NCBI GenBank assembly: GCA_951406725.2 | Contig: OX597833.1 | Span: 65,038,001-65,102,000, forward strand | Direction: 5' to 3' | Length of the DNA: 64,000 bases | Source of the DNA: Octopus vulgaris | Lineage: Eukaryota | Shown here: positions 27,887-42,602 of the stretch, in pieces | Layout of the letters: the number at the start of each line of letters is the position of its first letter | Numbering within the stretch: the stretch's first letter is position 1 | Notes under the pieces: model-generated | The model's input: the letters and a program-made list of their open reading frames with translations, nothing else | The model's database searches: none | Told to the model about the DNA's origin: nothing | Made by a program: the position numbers and the translations under genes

Positions 27887-28078
27887 CCTCGTGAATACCA
27901 CCGGCGATTTTTTCCTCTGTCCTCCCGTCTCGGGATCTTTCCTTCTCCTATGTTTCCGACGAAGAGCTCCGCTCGAAACGTCAAACCCTCCATCTTCCCT
28001 TCTATCCTGAGCGTCCAATAATACTTTATTTGTTCCACATCCTTGCGTTGTTGTCTTTTTGTTTTCTTGTTTGAATTA

Positions 28079-28082
<4 letters not shown>
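27885..28082 (+). mobile_element. Family E element with hammerhead-like motif at 27952-27986
   Basis: gttt-CCGACGA-a-gagc-tcc-gctc-GAAA-cg-TC-aaac; (TA)n on both sides. Confidence 0.82.
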
Positions 28083-28113
<31 letters not shown>

Positions 28114-28807
28114 TGGAAAGAAAATTAACAATTCGTATCTCTGTGTGGTAAACAGTTGATATAAAAATACCAAAAGAAAACAGAAAACAATGCTCCTATG
28201 GAAGTTAATCTGATTATTTGTTATGATATACTCAAGAAATATCCACCATAAAGTGCTAAATAGAAAGAAATCCACTATGCACTTTTAGACGGTTTTTATT
28301 TTGGTATCTTAAATTTTGATTATTTCAAGTCTACACAAGCTACACAAAGAATTAGTGCGCAAGCACTTCCTCGACTAAAATATGCCAATTGATATTGAAA
28401 AACTAAGTTATATATTTTTTGAAAAGTCAGACGTTATTATGATCTAAATGTATATTTATGGAGAATATATCTAATCTTAAATTAATTTGCTGTCATACTG
28501 ATATAATGAAATCCATTATCATTAATGTTATATATAACAATGGGTGATTAGATTCTTGTGCTTTCTATAAGCTTGTTATTACTATACATAAATTCTATGG
28601 ATGAAAATTCAATATTAGAAAGGTAATAATGTTTCTTTTCTGATAAGAATACGTATTGAATGTTTCGCTATTAGCTCCGGTTGTTTGTGTATTAGCGAGC
28701 TTTATTCGTGTTGAATGGTTTATTTTGAAGTAAATGAAGAAAGGGAAATCTCACATATTTATGTGTTTGCAGAAGGCTTTATTCACTTTTACAATGCCTC
28801 ACTTAAT

Positions 28808-28925
28808 CTTCTTCTTCTTCTTCTTCTTCTTCTTCTTCTTCTTCTTCTTCTTCTTCTTCTTCTTCTTCTTCTTCTTCTTCTTCTTCTTCTTCTTCTTCTT
28901 CTTCTTCTTCTTCTGTTTCTTCTTC
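28808..28925. repeat. (TTC)n microsatellite
   Basis: Directly visible. Confidence 0.97.
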
Positions 28926-28984
28926 TCACACACGCACTGTTTACTCTTTCTTCTCCCCTCTACATACACAACATTATCCATATC

Positions 28985-29041
<57 letters not shown>

Positions 29042-29431
29042 GACACACACACACAGACACACACACACATATATATATATATGTATGTATGAATATATAC
29101 ATCTATATGTATATACTTAACATACTTGTATATTCTCCTGTGAGAGAATATTCAATGAAAGAAAGCGTAGTTCAGATTGAAATTTATCTCATTTAACATA
29201 ACTTATTGCTATGATGCTTCTTACATATATTGAGTTTTAATTGAGACCACCCCAGTGAAAAATACGTTGCTCCTTATATGCCAGTTTAAGGATACAAGTA
29301 ATACTAAATTAATATACAATCAGAGGCATTATTATAGTGTCTGCGTGACACTAGCCAATAACAAAATAAGCCGTTAAAATAAGCGTATTTTAAGAAATTG
29401 ATGATCGTGAATCTGTAAACTTCTGTAAGAT

Positions 29432-30045
29432 GACGAGCTGGTAGCATCGTTAGCACGTCAGGCAAAATGCTTAGCGGTATTTCATTAGTCTTTATGTTCT
29501 GGGTTCAAATTCCGCCGAGGTCATCTTTGATTTGCATCCTTTCAGGGTCGATAAATTAAGTACCAATTGAATATTGGGTTTGATATATATTTCTTTATTG
29601 ACCACAAGGGGCTAAACAGAGAAAGGACAAACAAGGACAGATAAAGGGATTAAGTCGATTACATCGACCCCAGTGCGTAACTGGTATTTATTTAATCGAC
29701 CTCGAAAGGATGAAAGGCAAAGTCAACCTCGGCGGAATTTGAACTCAGAATGTAGCAGCAGACGAAATATCTTACCCACAAGGGTCTAAACATAGAAAGG
29801 ACAAACTAGGAGAGACAAAATGATTAAGTCGATTACATCGACCCCAGTACGTAACTGGTACTTATTTAATCGAACTCGAAAGGATGAAGGACAAAGTTGC
29901 CCTCGACCGATTTTGAACTCATAACGTAATGGTAGACGAAATACCGCTAAGCATTTTGCCTGGCGTGCTAACGTTTCTATCAGCTCGCCGCCCTATTGGG
30001 TTTGATATAATCGACTAGCCCCTTCACCTGATGTTACTGGCCTTT
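29432..30045. mobile_element. SINE-A dimer (minus, 29588-29993) nested in an older plus-strand SINE-A
   Basis: 16-bp TSD tattgggtttgatata at 29572-29587 and 29994-30009; the host copy resumes after it. Confidence 0.88.
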
Positions 30046-30097
30046 TGTCTGAGGTACTCTACCATTCTGCTAGCTCACCCCTCTAACATATATCTAA

Positions 30098-30484
30098 TTT
30101 TACTCTTTTACTCCTTTCAGCCATGCGGTTGTGGTCATGCTGGAACACCCCCAGTGGTTTTCCTGCTTTCATCAGTCTGGGGTGTTTTACATCACTACTC
30201 TTGTAAGTGACTTTGTGCCAGCTGTTGGCCCATTTGGTGAATAAGGGAATTTGACTCCGCTGCCCTCGTCTGCAGCTCATGTCGGGCTGTGTGTGTGTCG
30301 GGTGCCAAGTGATGGTGGGGGCAAACGCAGGCACAAATAAACACATAATTATATACATATATAAGACAGGCTTCTTTCCGTTTCCATCTACCAATCCACT
30401 GACAAGGCTTTAGGTCGACCCGACGTCGAACTCAGCACAATGTGGTTGAGAAGCAAGCTTTTTACCACACAGCCACACCAGCGA
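30098..30484 (-). mobile_element. SINE family B, rearranged and decayed
   Basis: ggcttctttccgtttccatctaccaatccact...accacacagccac. Confidence 0.7.
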
Positions 30485-30490
30485 GTATTA

Positions 30491-31178
30491 AGGCGGCGAG
30501 CTGGCAGAAACGTTAGCACGCCGGGCGAAATGCTTTGCGGTATTTCGTCTGCCTCTACGTTCTGAGATCAAATTCCGCTGAGGTCGACTTTGCCATTCAT
30601 CCTTTCGGGGTCGATTAAATATGTACCAGTTACGCACTGGGGTCGATATTTTCGACTTAACCCGTTTGTCTATCCTTGTTTGCTCCCTCTGTGTTTAGCC
30701 CCTTGTAGGCAATAAAGAAATAAGAATCGTTAGCACGCCGGGCGAAATGCTTAGCGATATTTCGGGCGAAATGTGTAGCCGTATTTCGTCTGCCGTTACG
30801 TTCTGAGTTCAAATTCTGCCGAGGTCAACTTTGCCTTTCATCCTTTCGGGGTCGATTAAATATGTACCAGTTACGCACTGGGGTCGATATAATCGACTTA
30901 ATCCGTTTGTCTATCCTTGTTTGTCCCCTCTGTGTTTAGCCCCTTGTGGGCAATAAAGAAATTAGAATCGTTAGCACGCCGGGCGAAATGCTTAGCGATA
31001 TTTCGTCTGCCGCTACGTTCGGAGTTCAAATTCCGCTGAGGTCGACTTTGCCTTTCATCCTTTCGGGGTCGATTAAATATGTACCAGTTACGCACTGGGG
31101 TCGATATTTTCGACTTAACCCGTTTGTCTATCCTTGTTTGTCCCCTCTGTGTTTAGCCCCTTGTGGGTAGTAAAGAAA
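30491..31178 (+). mobile_element. SINE-A trimer (units restart at gaatcgttagcacg)
   Basis: Complete head ggcggcgagctggcagaaacgttagc; repeats restart at ~30724 and ~30964. Confidence 0.9.
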
Positions 31179-31764
31179 GAAAATTATTAGAGGACATGTA
31201 TATTAAATTTCTACAAGAAAAAGAATGAATGCTATTTCGATGTTTTCCGCTCCTTCGTAAGAAACCAGGACATGGCAGAGAAAATAGAGAGAAAGGCAGA
31301 GAGAGAGGGAGAGAGAGGGAGAGAGGGGGAGAGATATTATATTTTTCTATTAGTTTCTTTTACGCAGGAAATATTGAAAACCGGAAATATATGACGGATC
31401 TTACCAAGATGATGTTATAGATAATATATTTTCTTATCAGACATCTCACCTCAAGATAAACTAAAATTGGTAATAGGAACCCGAAAATAAAATTGCGAAT
31501 AGCAGAACGAAAATCTATGAAGTAAGAATGTATTCTATTTCGTTTCTAGATTTCAAGTTAATATTCAAGATTTACATTGGACGTCCATTTAGGTTCCGAC
31601 AGAATTTCGCGTTCTTTAACATGTAATTCAAACCGAAAAATGTTCATTTCTGTTAGATAGCAGAATATATATGTATTTTCATTTTTGCAGCACAGCAAAA
31701 CGGCAGCAGAATCACACGCGAGAGCATGCGCAAACAAATAATGATCCGTAAGAATAATGTCATG

Positions 31765-31828
<64 letters not shown>

Positions 31829-31973
31829 GAATATATAACTATATATACATATATATACATACATACATACATACACATACATATATATCTATATATGCAC
31901 ATGTGTACATATATATATGTATATTCATGTATATACACATAAAAATGCGTATATATGTACATATATATATATA

Positions 31974-32029
<56 letters not shown>

Positions 32030-32213
32030 GCTATACATACACCTATATATGTATATATAATTATAAATACACACACACACATACACACACGCACGCACAC
32101 ATGTATATCTATATACACACACCTCCAAACCTACACATAAACATATATGCGAGTGTTGAATAAACCTCAACCACAGCCGCACCGCTCCGAAAATTACACA
32201 CACACGCACACGC

Positions 32214-32279
<66 letters not shown>

Positions 32280-32849
32280 GAACATATATCTTGAGAGAGA
32301 GAGAGAGAGAGTGACAGACAGAGAGATAGGTATGGATGCAACTATACATATAGTCGTGCACGTAGTAATCCCATGTGTGTTTGTCGTGAGGACCTTCCTC
32401 AAGATTCTTCAGTCACGTTCCATTAGCAATACATAAAATGAAAGAACATATCTGGTTCCATAAAATTAAGTCGATATCTTGGCTACACATTGAGACATAA
32501 AGTCATTACTTTATCATAGAGTAACCTCACACACAGTGTCGTTGTAGGCTGACAGATATATGCTTATGCGCATATTTACTCATATGCACAAACATGAAAA
32601 ATGAGCGCAAGCATAGCTCGAATATCCATTTTATACTACCGCATTAAGTCATATGCGCCTGCGCATAAAACAGACCACTGTTCTCTTTAGCGGATTATAT
32701 ATACTTTACTCAGTACATATATCTTGGATATCGCTTGAATGTTGATTACTTTCAATGTTCACACGCTATTTGTCTTTCTACATTGATCCTTCATATACAT
32801 AACTATATATTTATATATACATATTTGCGCACGTGCATGTATAAGTGCG

Positions 32850-32902
<53 letters not shown>

Positions 32903-33003
32903 ATATACAGTATATATATTTATATATATGCATGTATATATAAATAGCACACACACACACACATATGATTTTCATATATATATATATACACATATATGTA
33001 TCT

Positions 33004-33064
<61 letters not shown>

Positions 33065-33085
33065 ATGTATATGATTTATGCATGC

Positions 33086-33168
<83 letters not shown>

Positions 33169-34276
33169 TTGTGTATATATATTATATATATGGGGAGTAT
33201 GCGTATTTAAGAACGTTTATTCCCCTTAAATGTACATCAGATATAGTTTGAAGAGAAAATACATTAGTTCATGTTTAACGTATTATAATCATTATTTGCG
33301 GCAGAGTATAAAAAGGAACAAAATTGACAAAACAAGAACGCAAGTAGTGGCAACATGACAACAACAACAACAACAACAACAACAACAGCAACAACATCAA
33401 GGGAAGTGTGTACATATTCCTTTCTTGTATAAACACAATCCTTTCCAACAACAACAAGAACAACAGCAGCAGTTTAAAAGCAGAAAAGAACCCAACGGCA
33501 GAACTAAATAAATGAATAATATAATAAAAAAGAATATTAAACAACAAAAAAAAAAACCGATATTAATGAGGGAATACATAAACAAATATTTAAGAGGGGA
33601 AAAATCGAATGAAATACGCCTGTAAAAAACATGGCGTTCTTTTCGATTATCCACTAGAAGTGCCACAAATCATTTCCTATATGACGTAATCAGAAAATTT
33701 ATGGCGGATAACGTTGGAAATATATATGAGAAAAAAGTACGTATAAACAGAATGTCGTTACTAATGAGAGCCATTTTGTTTTTATAGGCTTCGTGAAGTG
33801 TTGTATATTTTATGCTTCGTTACATACATTCAGTAAGCGAAATTAAGTTTATAGAATCACTGAATTTTATTTTGTTATGTTTCATTTGTGGTAAATTGTT
33901 TTAATAATTATGAGATTATGAGTTTGTTCGAAAGTATACGGCGTGTTTCCTCGTATATGTGTACATATATGTGCGTTGTCGGTGTATGTATACGTATGTT
34001 TAAAGTAAGGTTAGTTGGTGGAATGTAGAGATGTAGAGATGTGTAGATGGATGACTGGGTGGGTGGCAGGTTGACTGGCTGGCTGGTTTGTTGGATGGAT
34101 ATATAGATTAGTACATTTCTATATATACGTATATATATATACGTATATATATATACACATGTATATACATATATACAGTATATATATACATATATATGTA
34201 TATATAGATATATAGATTTATAGATATATATGTGTACGTATATATATATATAGATGTGTGTGTGTGTATGCATATA

Positions 34277-34322
<46 letters not shown>

Positions 34323-35130
34323 AATACATATATACATGAGTGGATGCGAGTTCGTTTGAAGTTTTGTGACCCAACAGTTTTTATGCGTGTATTACGCTAC
34401 GTGCATCCATGTGTGTGTGTGTGTGTGTGTGAGTGTGTGCCCGTGTATGTGTGTATATACATGTGTGTGTGTATACGAGAAGAACATGACGAAAGAAATT
34501 TACCACCGCTCCATATTACAGGTTTCGTGAGTGCGTCATCAGGTATTGGATGTTAGTACGGTTTATAGTATGTGCACAGGTGGCTATACAGACACGCGCA
34601 CGCGCTCATACACAGAAATATACATATACATGCATGTATATATGTATATGTATGTATGTATATATATATATATAAATATATATATACACGCACACACATA
34701 TACATATACACATATATATATATGATGTGTGTGTATGCATATCCATATATATATAGATATATATATACACCTAATTGCTGTGTAGTCAGACAATACGTAA
34801 TCGAAGTAATAATATCTATATAATAAATACGTCAATCTGTCTGTCTGTGTGTCTTTATTTGTGTACATTCCTACATATATACACACAGACACTAGAGGCA
34901 AGAAAACAGGAATCAGAGTCGTAGACACACAGAGAAGCATATTCACGTATATAATCCCATAAGGTTCAACATTACATACATGCATAGATACATACATACG
35001 TACATACATACATACATACATGCATACATACATACATACTTGCATACATACATACATACATACATACATACATACATACATACATACATACATACATACA
35101 TACATACATACATACATACATACATACATA

Positions 35131-35494
35131 CAAAGGCTACGATTTAAGGTCTGTGTCAAGTCCTCATTAAAGGCCTGTGATATGCAGGAGACTGGGAGAG
35201 CTATGCCTGTCATCACCACAGATGGTGGAAGCAGGCTAACGAGGAAGACAACACCTTTGAGAGTGCACGTATTCTGCATGAAGAATTTAAACGTGTTGCT
35301 CGAAAGCGCACTGCTAGCATAGTGAATGGGGAAAGCTTGGCTTGCAATGCTTGCAGTCGTGTATGCTTGTCAAGAGTAAGGTTCCTTAGCCACCAACGGA
35401 GCCGCCACAAATGCAAAATATAAGCTAGTCCGAGAGCGTACAATGTTCTTAAAGATCTAATGGTGTTCCCCGATCACGAGTGAACGGCCATCAT
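35131..35494 (+). mobile_element. 3' end of an RTE-clade LINE, decayed
   Basis: QRLRFKVCVKSSLKAC..WESYA...FESARILHEEFKRVARK..CNACSRVCLSRVRFLSHQRSRH (terminal C2H2-like finger typical of RTE ORFs); frameshifted; short 3' UTR. Confidence 0.8.
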
Positions 35495-35734
35495 ATATGT
35501 TTGTGTGTGTGTGTGTGTGAGTGTATGTGAGTGAGTGTGTGTGTGTGAGAGTGTGTATGTGAGTGTGTGTGTGTATGTGAAAAGTTTTGCAATAATTTGG
35601 TGATGTATTTTTTTTATTCGTGAAACTACAAAGGATGCCTAGAATTCACAGAAGAGACCATAGATATAATTTTTTTTTTCAGAATGAGATAAAAAACGAA
35701 GGCAGTGACAATGTTAGAACATTTATAAATAGAA

Positions 35735-35783
35735 GGTCTTACAGCTGTTTCCAGGATATTTATTATATCCCTTCATCGGAGGC
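35735..35783 (-). ncRNA. Hammerhead-like motif (Penelope-type), degenerate
   Basis: CCGATGA-ag-ggatat-aataaa-atatcc-tg-GAAA-cagctg-TA; palindromic stem III. Confidence 0.6.
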
Positions 35784-35869
35784 AGTGTGAGGGGATGTTT
35801 AAGAAATTGTTAATTTAGATAAGATACGAAATAGAGAGTGAAGTGGAACCTCCTATATATATCTATCTA

Positions 35870-35932
<63 letters not shown>

Positions 35933-35956
35933 TCTATCTATCTATCTATCTTTCTA

Positions 35957-36023
<67 letters not shown>

Positions 36024-36033
36024 ATATATAGTT

Positions 36034-36092
<59 letters not shown>

Positions 36093-36615
36093 TGTATATA
36101 TGTATATATATATGGCATACATGTATGTATTTCATTATAGCATTATTGATAGTGTGTGTGTCTGTGTGTGTGCTTATGTGCACTTGTAGTGGTTAAAATG
36201 TTCTACATGTACATGAAAACATGCGCAACGTATTTGTGCAAAATGGATTCCAGTACACATCTTTTATTTATTTTATATTTCCATCGAGTATTACTGAAAT
36301 GTCAAAGCTATAATTCGTCATCCTAATTGCCGTGTAGTCAGACAACTGCATTCATCTCATCAGCAACAGCCAGTTCCAAACATATTCAGTAAATTTTATT
36401 CAAGCTGAACATGGATAACGAGGGTTTTACAGTGCGAATAAATAGGAATTATACACAGTAACGTAATGAGCGGTGAAACTATAAAACATGAATGTTTTGT
36501 TAACAAGGCTTGGTTCTGTTGTCTTAAATATCTTTAGTGTAGATACACAACATATTTTGACTCGAACTGCAATTATTTATCTAGTCACCGAAATACCTAT
36601 CTATCCATCGATCTG

Positions 36616-36732
<117 letters not shown>

Positions 36733-36833
36733 ATATATATATATATATATCTATCTATCTAACTATCTATCTATCTCTCTGTTTGTCTGTCTATCCATTT
36801 ATCTATCTATTTCTCTGGCCCTCTATCTGCCTG

Positions 36834-36877
<44 letters not shown>

Positions 36878-36902
36878 CATACATATATATATATATACAT
36901 AC

Positions 36903-36939
<37 letters not shown>

Positions 36940-37060
36940 CATACATAGATAGATATATATGTGTGTGTGTGTGTGTGTAATGGACGTATGTAGTTATTTA
37001 CGTGTGTATGTATGCATACGCAGTAAGTTCATACAGACATGTATATACATATGTATACAT

Positions 37061-37152
<92 letters not shown>

Positions 37153-37647
37153 ATTGATATATATATATTATTTGACATTACTCCCTAAAAACAAGCCGAA
37201 AATTTTCAAATCAAAGTCAAAATTAACGAAAACAAAATATCTGAAAACTAGAGTTAAGAAAACAATCACAGCTGACAATAACATATTTTTTATCGCAATA
37301 GGAAGGAAAATAAACAGTAATTTGCGGTCATGTGGAAATGAATTACTGGATTCACTCCCTCATATACTTAACAATGTTAGTTATAATCAGAAAAAATATT
37401 AGTTACATGCTGCTGTGTGGTAAGAAGTTTACTCCATAAGCTCATGTTTCCGGATCGAGGTGCATGCATGGCAACGTGGGCAAGTGTCTCTTAAGACTTG
37501 TCAATGTATTTCATCGACGGAAATGAAAGAAACCTCTTCTATTTTGGATGTATTTGGGGTACTTATGACTTAGTGTTTGCTCATGACTCAGTGTTTGATT
37601 CTTCCATGGGTATGAGTAAGTATCTCATTTATTTCTTTTGCCACATG

Positions 37648-37700
37648 TATCACTGACGAAGAGAGGGCTGTTATAAACTAACCCTGAAATCGGTCCGATA
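37648..37700 (+). ncRNA. Minimal type I hammerhead-like motif
   Basis: tatca-CTGACGA-agag-aggg...ccct-GAAA-tcgg-TC-cgata; stems I and II recognisable. Confidence 0.65.
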
Positions 37701-37847
37701 TGGTAATAATGGAATTTTTTAGAAGTTTCTGTCGACCTTTTTTCGAGTAGCGTGCGTATTGTGAAAAAACTATATGGTTAATGTACAATATATCCAATTT
37801 TTCGGCATATTTTGCATTAGGAAGTTTTTCCTTTGCCCTCATTTATG

Positions 37848-37978
<131 letters not shown>

Positions 37979-38829
37979 TGTAAATGTCGAACAATGAAAA
38001 TGGTGGATATAATTTCTGTATTTGTGAATTGAGGCTACCATTGGTTTCATGTTAAGAAAGGTAGGAAAATATCCTAGTGTCTTAATAGTATTTCAAGCCG
38101 ATCACATGCAGAAAGGTGTTCATTTGCGTTTCGTGAATTAAATCTACCAATGATTTCCTGTATGCATATCTAGCAAACATTCTAAACAGAAAATGGATTA
38201 TACGAGAAGGTTTATTGCAAACAATGAAGGTTTCGACGCATCCTGCATGGATCTTTGGCGGGTGGGATACTGTGCATCTGGTTGTGGTGGATCCCTTCTT
38301 CCCGAGGCATTTACTCAGGTGATGCTATAAGTGGTAACGCCAGGTAGCCATAGACAGTGAAGTGCTTTCTCTGTCTATATATATATATACATATATACAC
38401 AAGTACATTCAAAATTCTCAAGCGATTAGCAGCAATTTGTATCAATGTAGGTGAAAGGAAATTTCAAGAGAAAAATAAACAGGAAAAACCTAACTATCTA
38501 CGAAGGAAAGATATTCTGTGTGCGCTTGCCACTTCTAGCTATAGAAGCAATGATTGTTATTTGCGCCATCTTATAAAGTCTTATAAAATCTTGTTATTTT
38601 CGCCATCTTATAAAATCTTCTCTGAATCTTATTATATATGAAGTTATTGCTACATATAATTTGATGGGTCTACTCGTAAAAATCCTTCCTTCACTGACAG
38701 ATTCCAGAGAAAAGTTTCATATTTGGATTAATCTAATGTTTGTTTGGTTCTCATCACAGCATCTCGCTAAAAGTTATGTATTTGTTCGGCCTTTGTGATC
38801 TACGGATAATGAGCCTTTGTGATCTACAG

Positions 38830-39030
38830 ATAATGAGCTACAACGTCACTGGTGCCAAGCTGTATCGGCCCCTTTGCCTTTCCCTTGGATTACACTGGTG
38901 GCGTGGAGAAAGAAAGCCAGTATGCATGGGCGATTGCCGGTCTTCCATAAACAAGCTTGCCCGTACCTTATGTCTCGGAGGGTAACTTTCTATGTGCAAT
39001 CCTATAGCCATTCATGACCGAAGGGGGTCA
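38830..39030 (+). mobile_element. SINE family D, 3' half
   Basis: gtcactggtgccaagctgtatcgg...atgaccgaagggggtc matches 44845-45027. Confidence 0.85.
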
Positions 39031-39268
39031 CAACTATATATATATGACGGTTTTCGTTTAGTTACCCTCTAATACAACTCACAAAGATTTGGAGCTGTAG
39101 TAGAAGGCTCTTTCGAAATAACCATACGGTGGGACTGAGGCCCGAAACCAACCGCATGCGGGCCTAGCTTCTAATCACTGTGCCATACCTGTGAGCAAAG
39201 GAAAACACGCATAATTTCCGAATGTTCCACATTTATTACTGCATACAATTTATTTTCTTATTTGACAG

Positions 39269-39616
39269 AAAGTCGTTGTCAAATTTTTCGTTTGTTAAAA
39301 CTAATGGTGTGAATAATGGCGTGTTGCATAGAGAGACAAGTTCCAATGTTGCACAAAATTCTTTGACTAAGCCTGCAAATTCATCAGCAGACCCATGAAG
39401 GACTTTGATCAAACTGTGTCCACATGCACATCCAAACACTAACTCTATAGCTCAACGATCATAAAGTACATATTATTTTTAATTCCCTGTAACAACATAC
39501 GCTGTAGAAGCATTCTAAAGTGCGATATCCTTTTAAGACCTTTTTTTTAAAGAAAAAAAAATCGTTCAGCAATTATAAGTCCCTGGTGACATACATTAAA
39601 AACTGATGTCAATAAA
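39269..39616 (+). other. Candidate terminal exon (open to TGA at 39396-39398, AATAAA at 39611)
   Basis: Acceptor tttattttcttatttgacag|; phase-2 frame KSLSNFSFVKTNGVNNGVLHRETSSNVAQNSLTKPANSSADP*; no recognisable domain. Confidence 0.3.
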
Positions 39617-40509
39617 ACGCGAACTGGAAAGCTCTGGGATCGTTTACAACCATAACTTTTTCAACGTGACTATCTTTGCTCGCAACTAAATCCTCGTGGA
39701 ATTCTCTGAATGTGTTTGTGACAAAACCACGAGAATAGATATGTCAGTACATTCCTTCTTAAATCAAGAGACGAGGAAACAAACTTCAATTCACAAACCG
39801 ATAATTGTAAGAAGGAATTTTATTTGTTTTCCGTGCCATAAATATTACATCCTTTCAATTCATACCGAGGTCTAAAGAAATTTATTGTATCTGTCAAACT
39901 ATATAACTATATTTTCTGTCAGGTTATATATTACAAAATAATAATGGATTGGCTTAATAATTATAGAATATTCCGAAATTTTTCTGTATTTTTGTTTCCT
40001 ATTCAACAATATCCTCCAGAGATTTCCTGAAACATTGAAATTTACCAAACTAATTCTCGCTATAAAGATTGGAGAATCTGTCTACCATTTCAGCCGCTGC
40101 TGAGCAGAATAGAAGTCGCGCTACGTTGTACAGCTACTACGATAGGAATATGTTAATATAATGATGGGGAGATAATTAAAGAAAAGAGTAGTAATCAATG
40201 CGCGAAGGAACCACATAGCCACGTTGCTTACAACAATTAAAGGGAAATAACTAAAACGAAAAAAATAGTCCCATGGTAGTCGTTGGTCAGAGGGATGTTG
40301 CATCAAAATCCTTTTTACGAAATAAATGTACATGACAACTATTGTGAAGACAGCACATATCCAAAAGGTAAGTTTAAAATCCTTTATATATTTAAGGTGC
40401 AAATGTCCATAATTCGAAGGATATAATCAGAAGAAATGTGTATATACATTAACCCTGCCATTCAGGTCGTCGCTTCTTTTCTCTCTCACACACGGAGGTG
40501 CTTGTGGTC

Positions 40510-40570
<61 letters not shown>

Positions 40571-40599
40571 TGTGTGAGTGTCTGTTTGTGTGCGCGCGT

Positions 40600-40832
40600 G
40601 CCTGTGTGGTTTGAGTCTGTTTTTGTCCCCCCACGATCCCTTGACAACTGATGTTGGTGTGCTTATGTCCCCGAAACTTAGTAGCTCGGCAAAAGAGACA
40701 AATAGAATAAGTACTAAGCTGACAAACAATAAGTTCTGGGATCGATTTCTTCGAATAAAGACGGTGCTCCAGCATGGCCGCAGCCAAAGGACTCAAACGT
40801 GTAAACGAGTAAAAGAGTAAAAGCGTAAAAGA
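40600..40832 (+). mobile_element. SINE family B, 3' half
   Basis: Matches 24940-25145. Confidence 0.85.
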
Positions 40833-40889
40833 GGATACATACATGTGTACATGTCATTCCCCACATTACTTCTTATTGGCCCTCCTGAG

Positions 40890-41181
40890 GGTTTTCGCCT
40901 AACGATCGTAAAGCCGTGAGTTCAACTCCCGTCAGTACGTTGTCTCCTCTAACAAAACAATTTTTTTCACGATCATCCCCTCCAGTCAGAAATGAATAGT
41001 GACTATATTTCAAATGTCCAGCCTTTTCACATTCCGTGTCCCTCTAAACTTCCCTGTGAACTACGTTCTGTCATACGCATGTCTGCGGAGTGCTCACCCA
41101 CCACTTGTATACTAACTTCACGAGCAGGTTGTTCCGTTAACCGAAACAGCTGGAACGCTTGTCGCAACCGATGGAGCAACA

Positions 41182-41182
<1 letters not shown>
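40890..41182 (+). mobile_element. Decayed SINE with D-type head and long tail
   Basis: gtgagttcaactccc B-box; tail gagtgctca.ccactt...ttcacgagcagg.tgttccgtt shared with 13795-13890. Confidence 0.65.
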
Positions 41183-41259
<77 letters not shown>

Positions 41260-42248
41260 TTGTGTGTGCAATTGTGTATATAAGTATGTATGTATGTGTA
41301 TACATACACACGCGTACATAACATCGTAATTGATCGTAATTGCAAAAGAAGAAATATTATCGCTATTGTTTCTCAATAGTGTAAGACAGTACTAATAATG
41401 TTCTGGTTAAGCTGCGAATCTTAATTGCCACAGAAATCTAGAAAAGCATTTATGGAATAAATTACATACAGAACACCATCTGCAGCAAAAGAGACTGAAA
41501 CAAAACAAAAACAAAAAAAAAAACAAACAAAACAAAAGCAACAACCGATATTTAAGATACTGCGCATACACATGCATATATCTGTGTGTGTGTGTGTGTG
41601 TGTATCTGTGTGTGCGTGCGTCCATATATATGTATGTATATAATATTTCATTATACCGAGTATGTCTAGATTTGAGACAAATTCTTTGTGCAATAATCGG
41701 TTGCCAATACCTTGTGACTACTTACAACATCTTCGTTAAGTGAGTAAAATCGAACGGTTAGGAAGACTAATTTCTATTTAATCCAGGTGATTTGCACCGA
41801 ATTAAGCATTAAAAAAACTGATTCCACTGTTATTAGTCTTGGACTGTCCAACATCAAATATTAAAAAATGGCCTCCTTCATCGACTTTTTAACTGTTGCT
41901 GTTTATTCGCGATTGGTGTACTTAGAACTTTTACGACTATTGCTAGCTAATATCAAGTTTATAGGGGATGGATATTAAAGGAAGAAAAAGATCGAATAAC
42001 AGTGTACAAAAACATCCGTTGGATTGTGAAGATGTATCGGTATTAATTCCCGAATGAGCAGAGCAATGACGGTTCGATCTTCGATTTAACTATTGCCATC
42101 TTACTGTCTTTTAGTTTCATGAAAAAGAACGATGCTAATTTACCGATTTGGCAGCATAGGGGAGTAAGATTCAAATCAGCTAGGATCCTGTAAGAAGCAC
42201 AGACTCGCACACACAGACATACACACTCATATATATATATATATATAT

Positions 42249-42399
42249 ATGTATGTGTATGTATGTATGTACGTGTGTATGTATGTATGTATTATGTATG
42301 TGTGTATGTATGTATGTATGTATGTATGTATATATGTATGTACGTATGTGTGTATGTATGTATGTATGTATCTATGTGTGTAAGTATGTATGTACGTAC

Positions 42400-42430
<31 letters not shown>

Positions 42431-42571
42431 TGTATGTATGTATGTATGTGTGTATGTATGTATGTATGTATGTATATATGTATGTATGTATGTATGTGTG
42501 TATGTATGTATGTATGTATGTATTTATGTATGTATGTATCTATGTGTGTAAGTATGTATGTATGTACGTAC

Positions 42572-42602
<31 letters not shown>

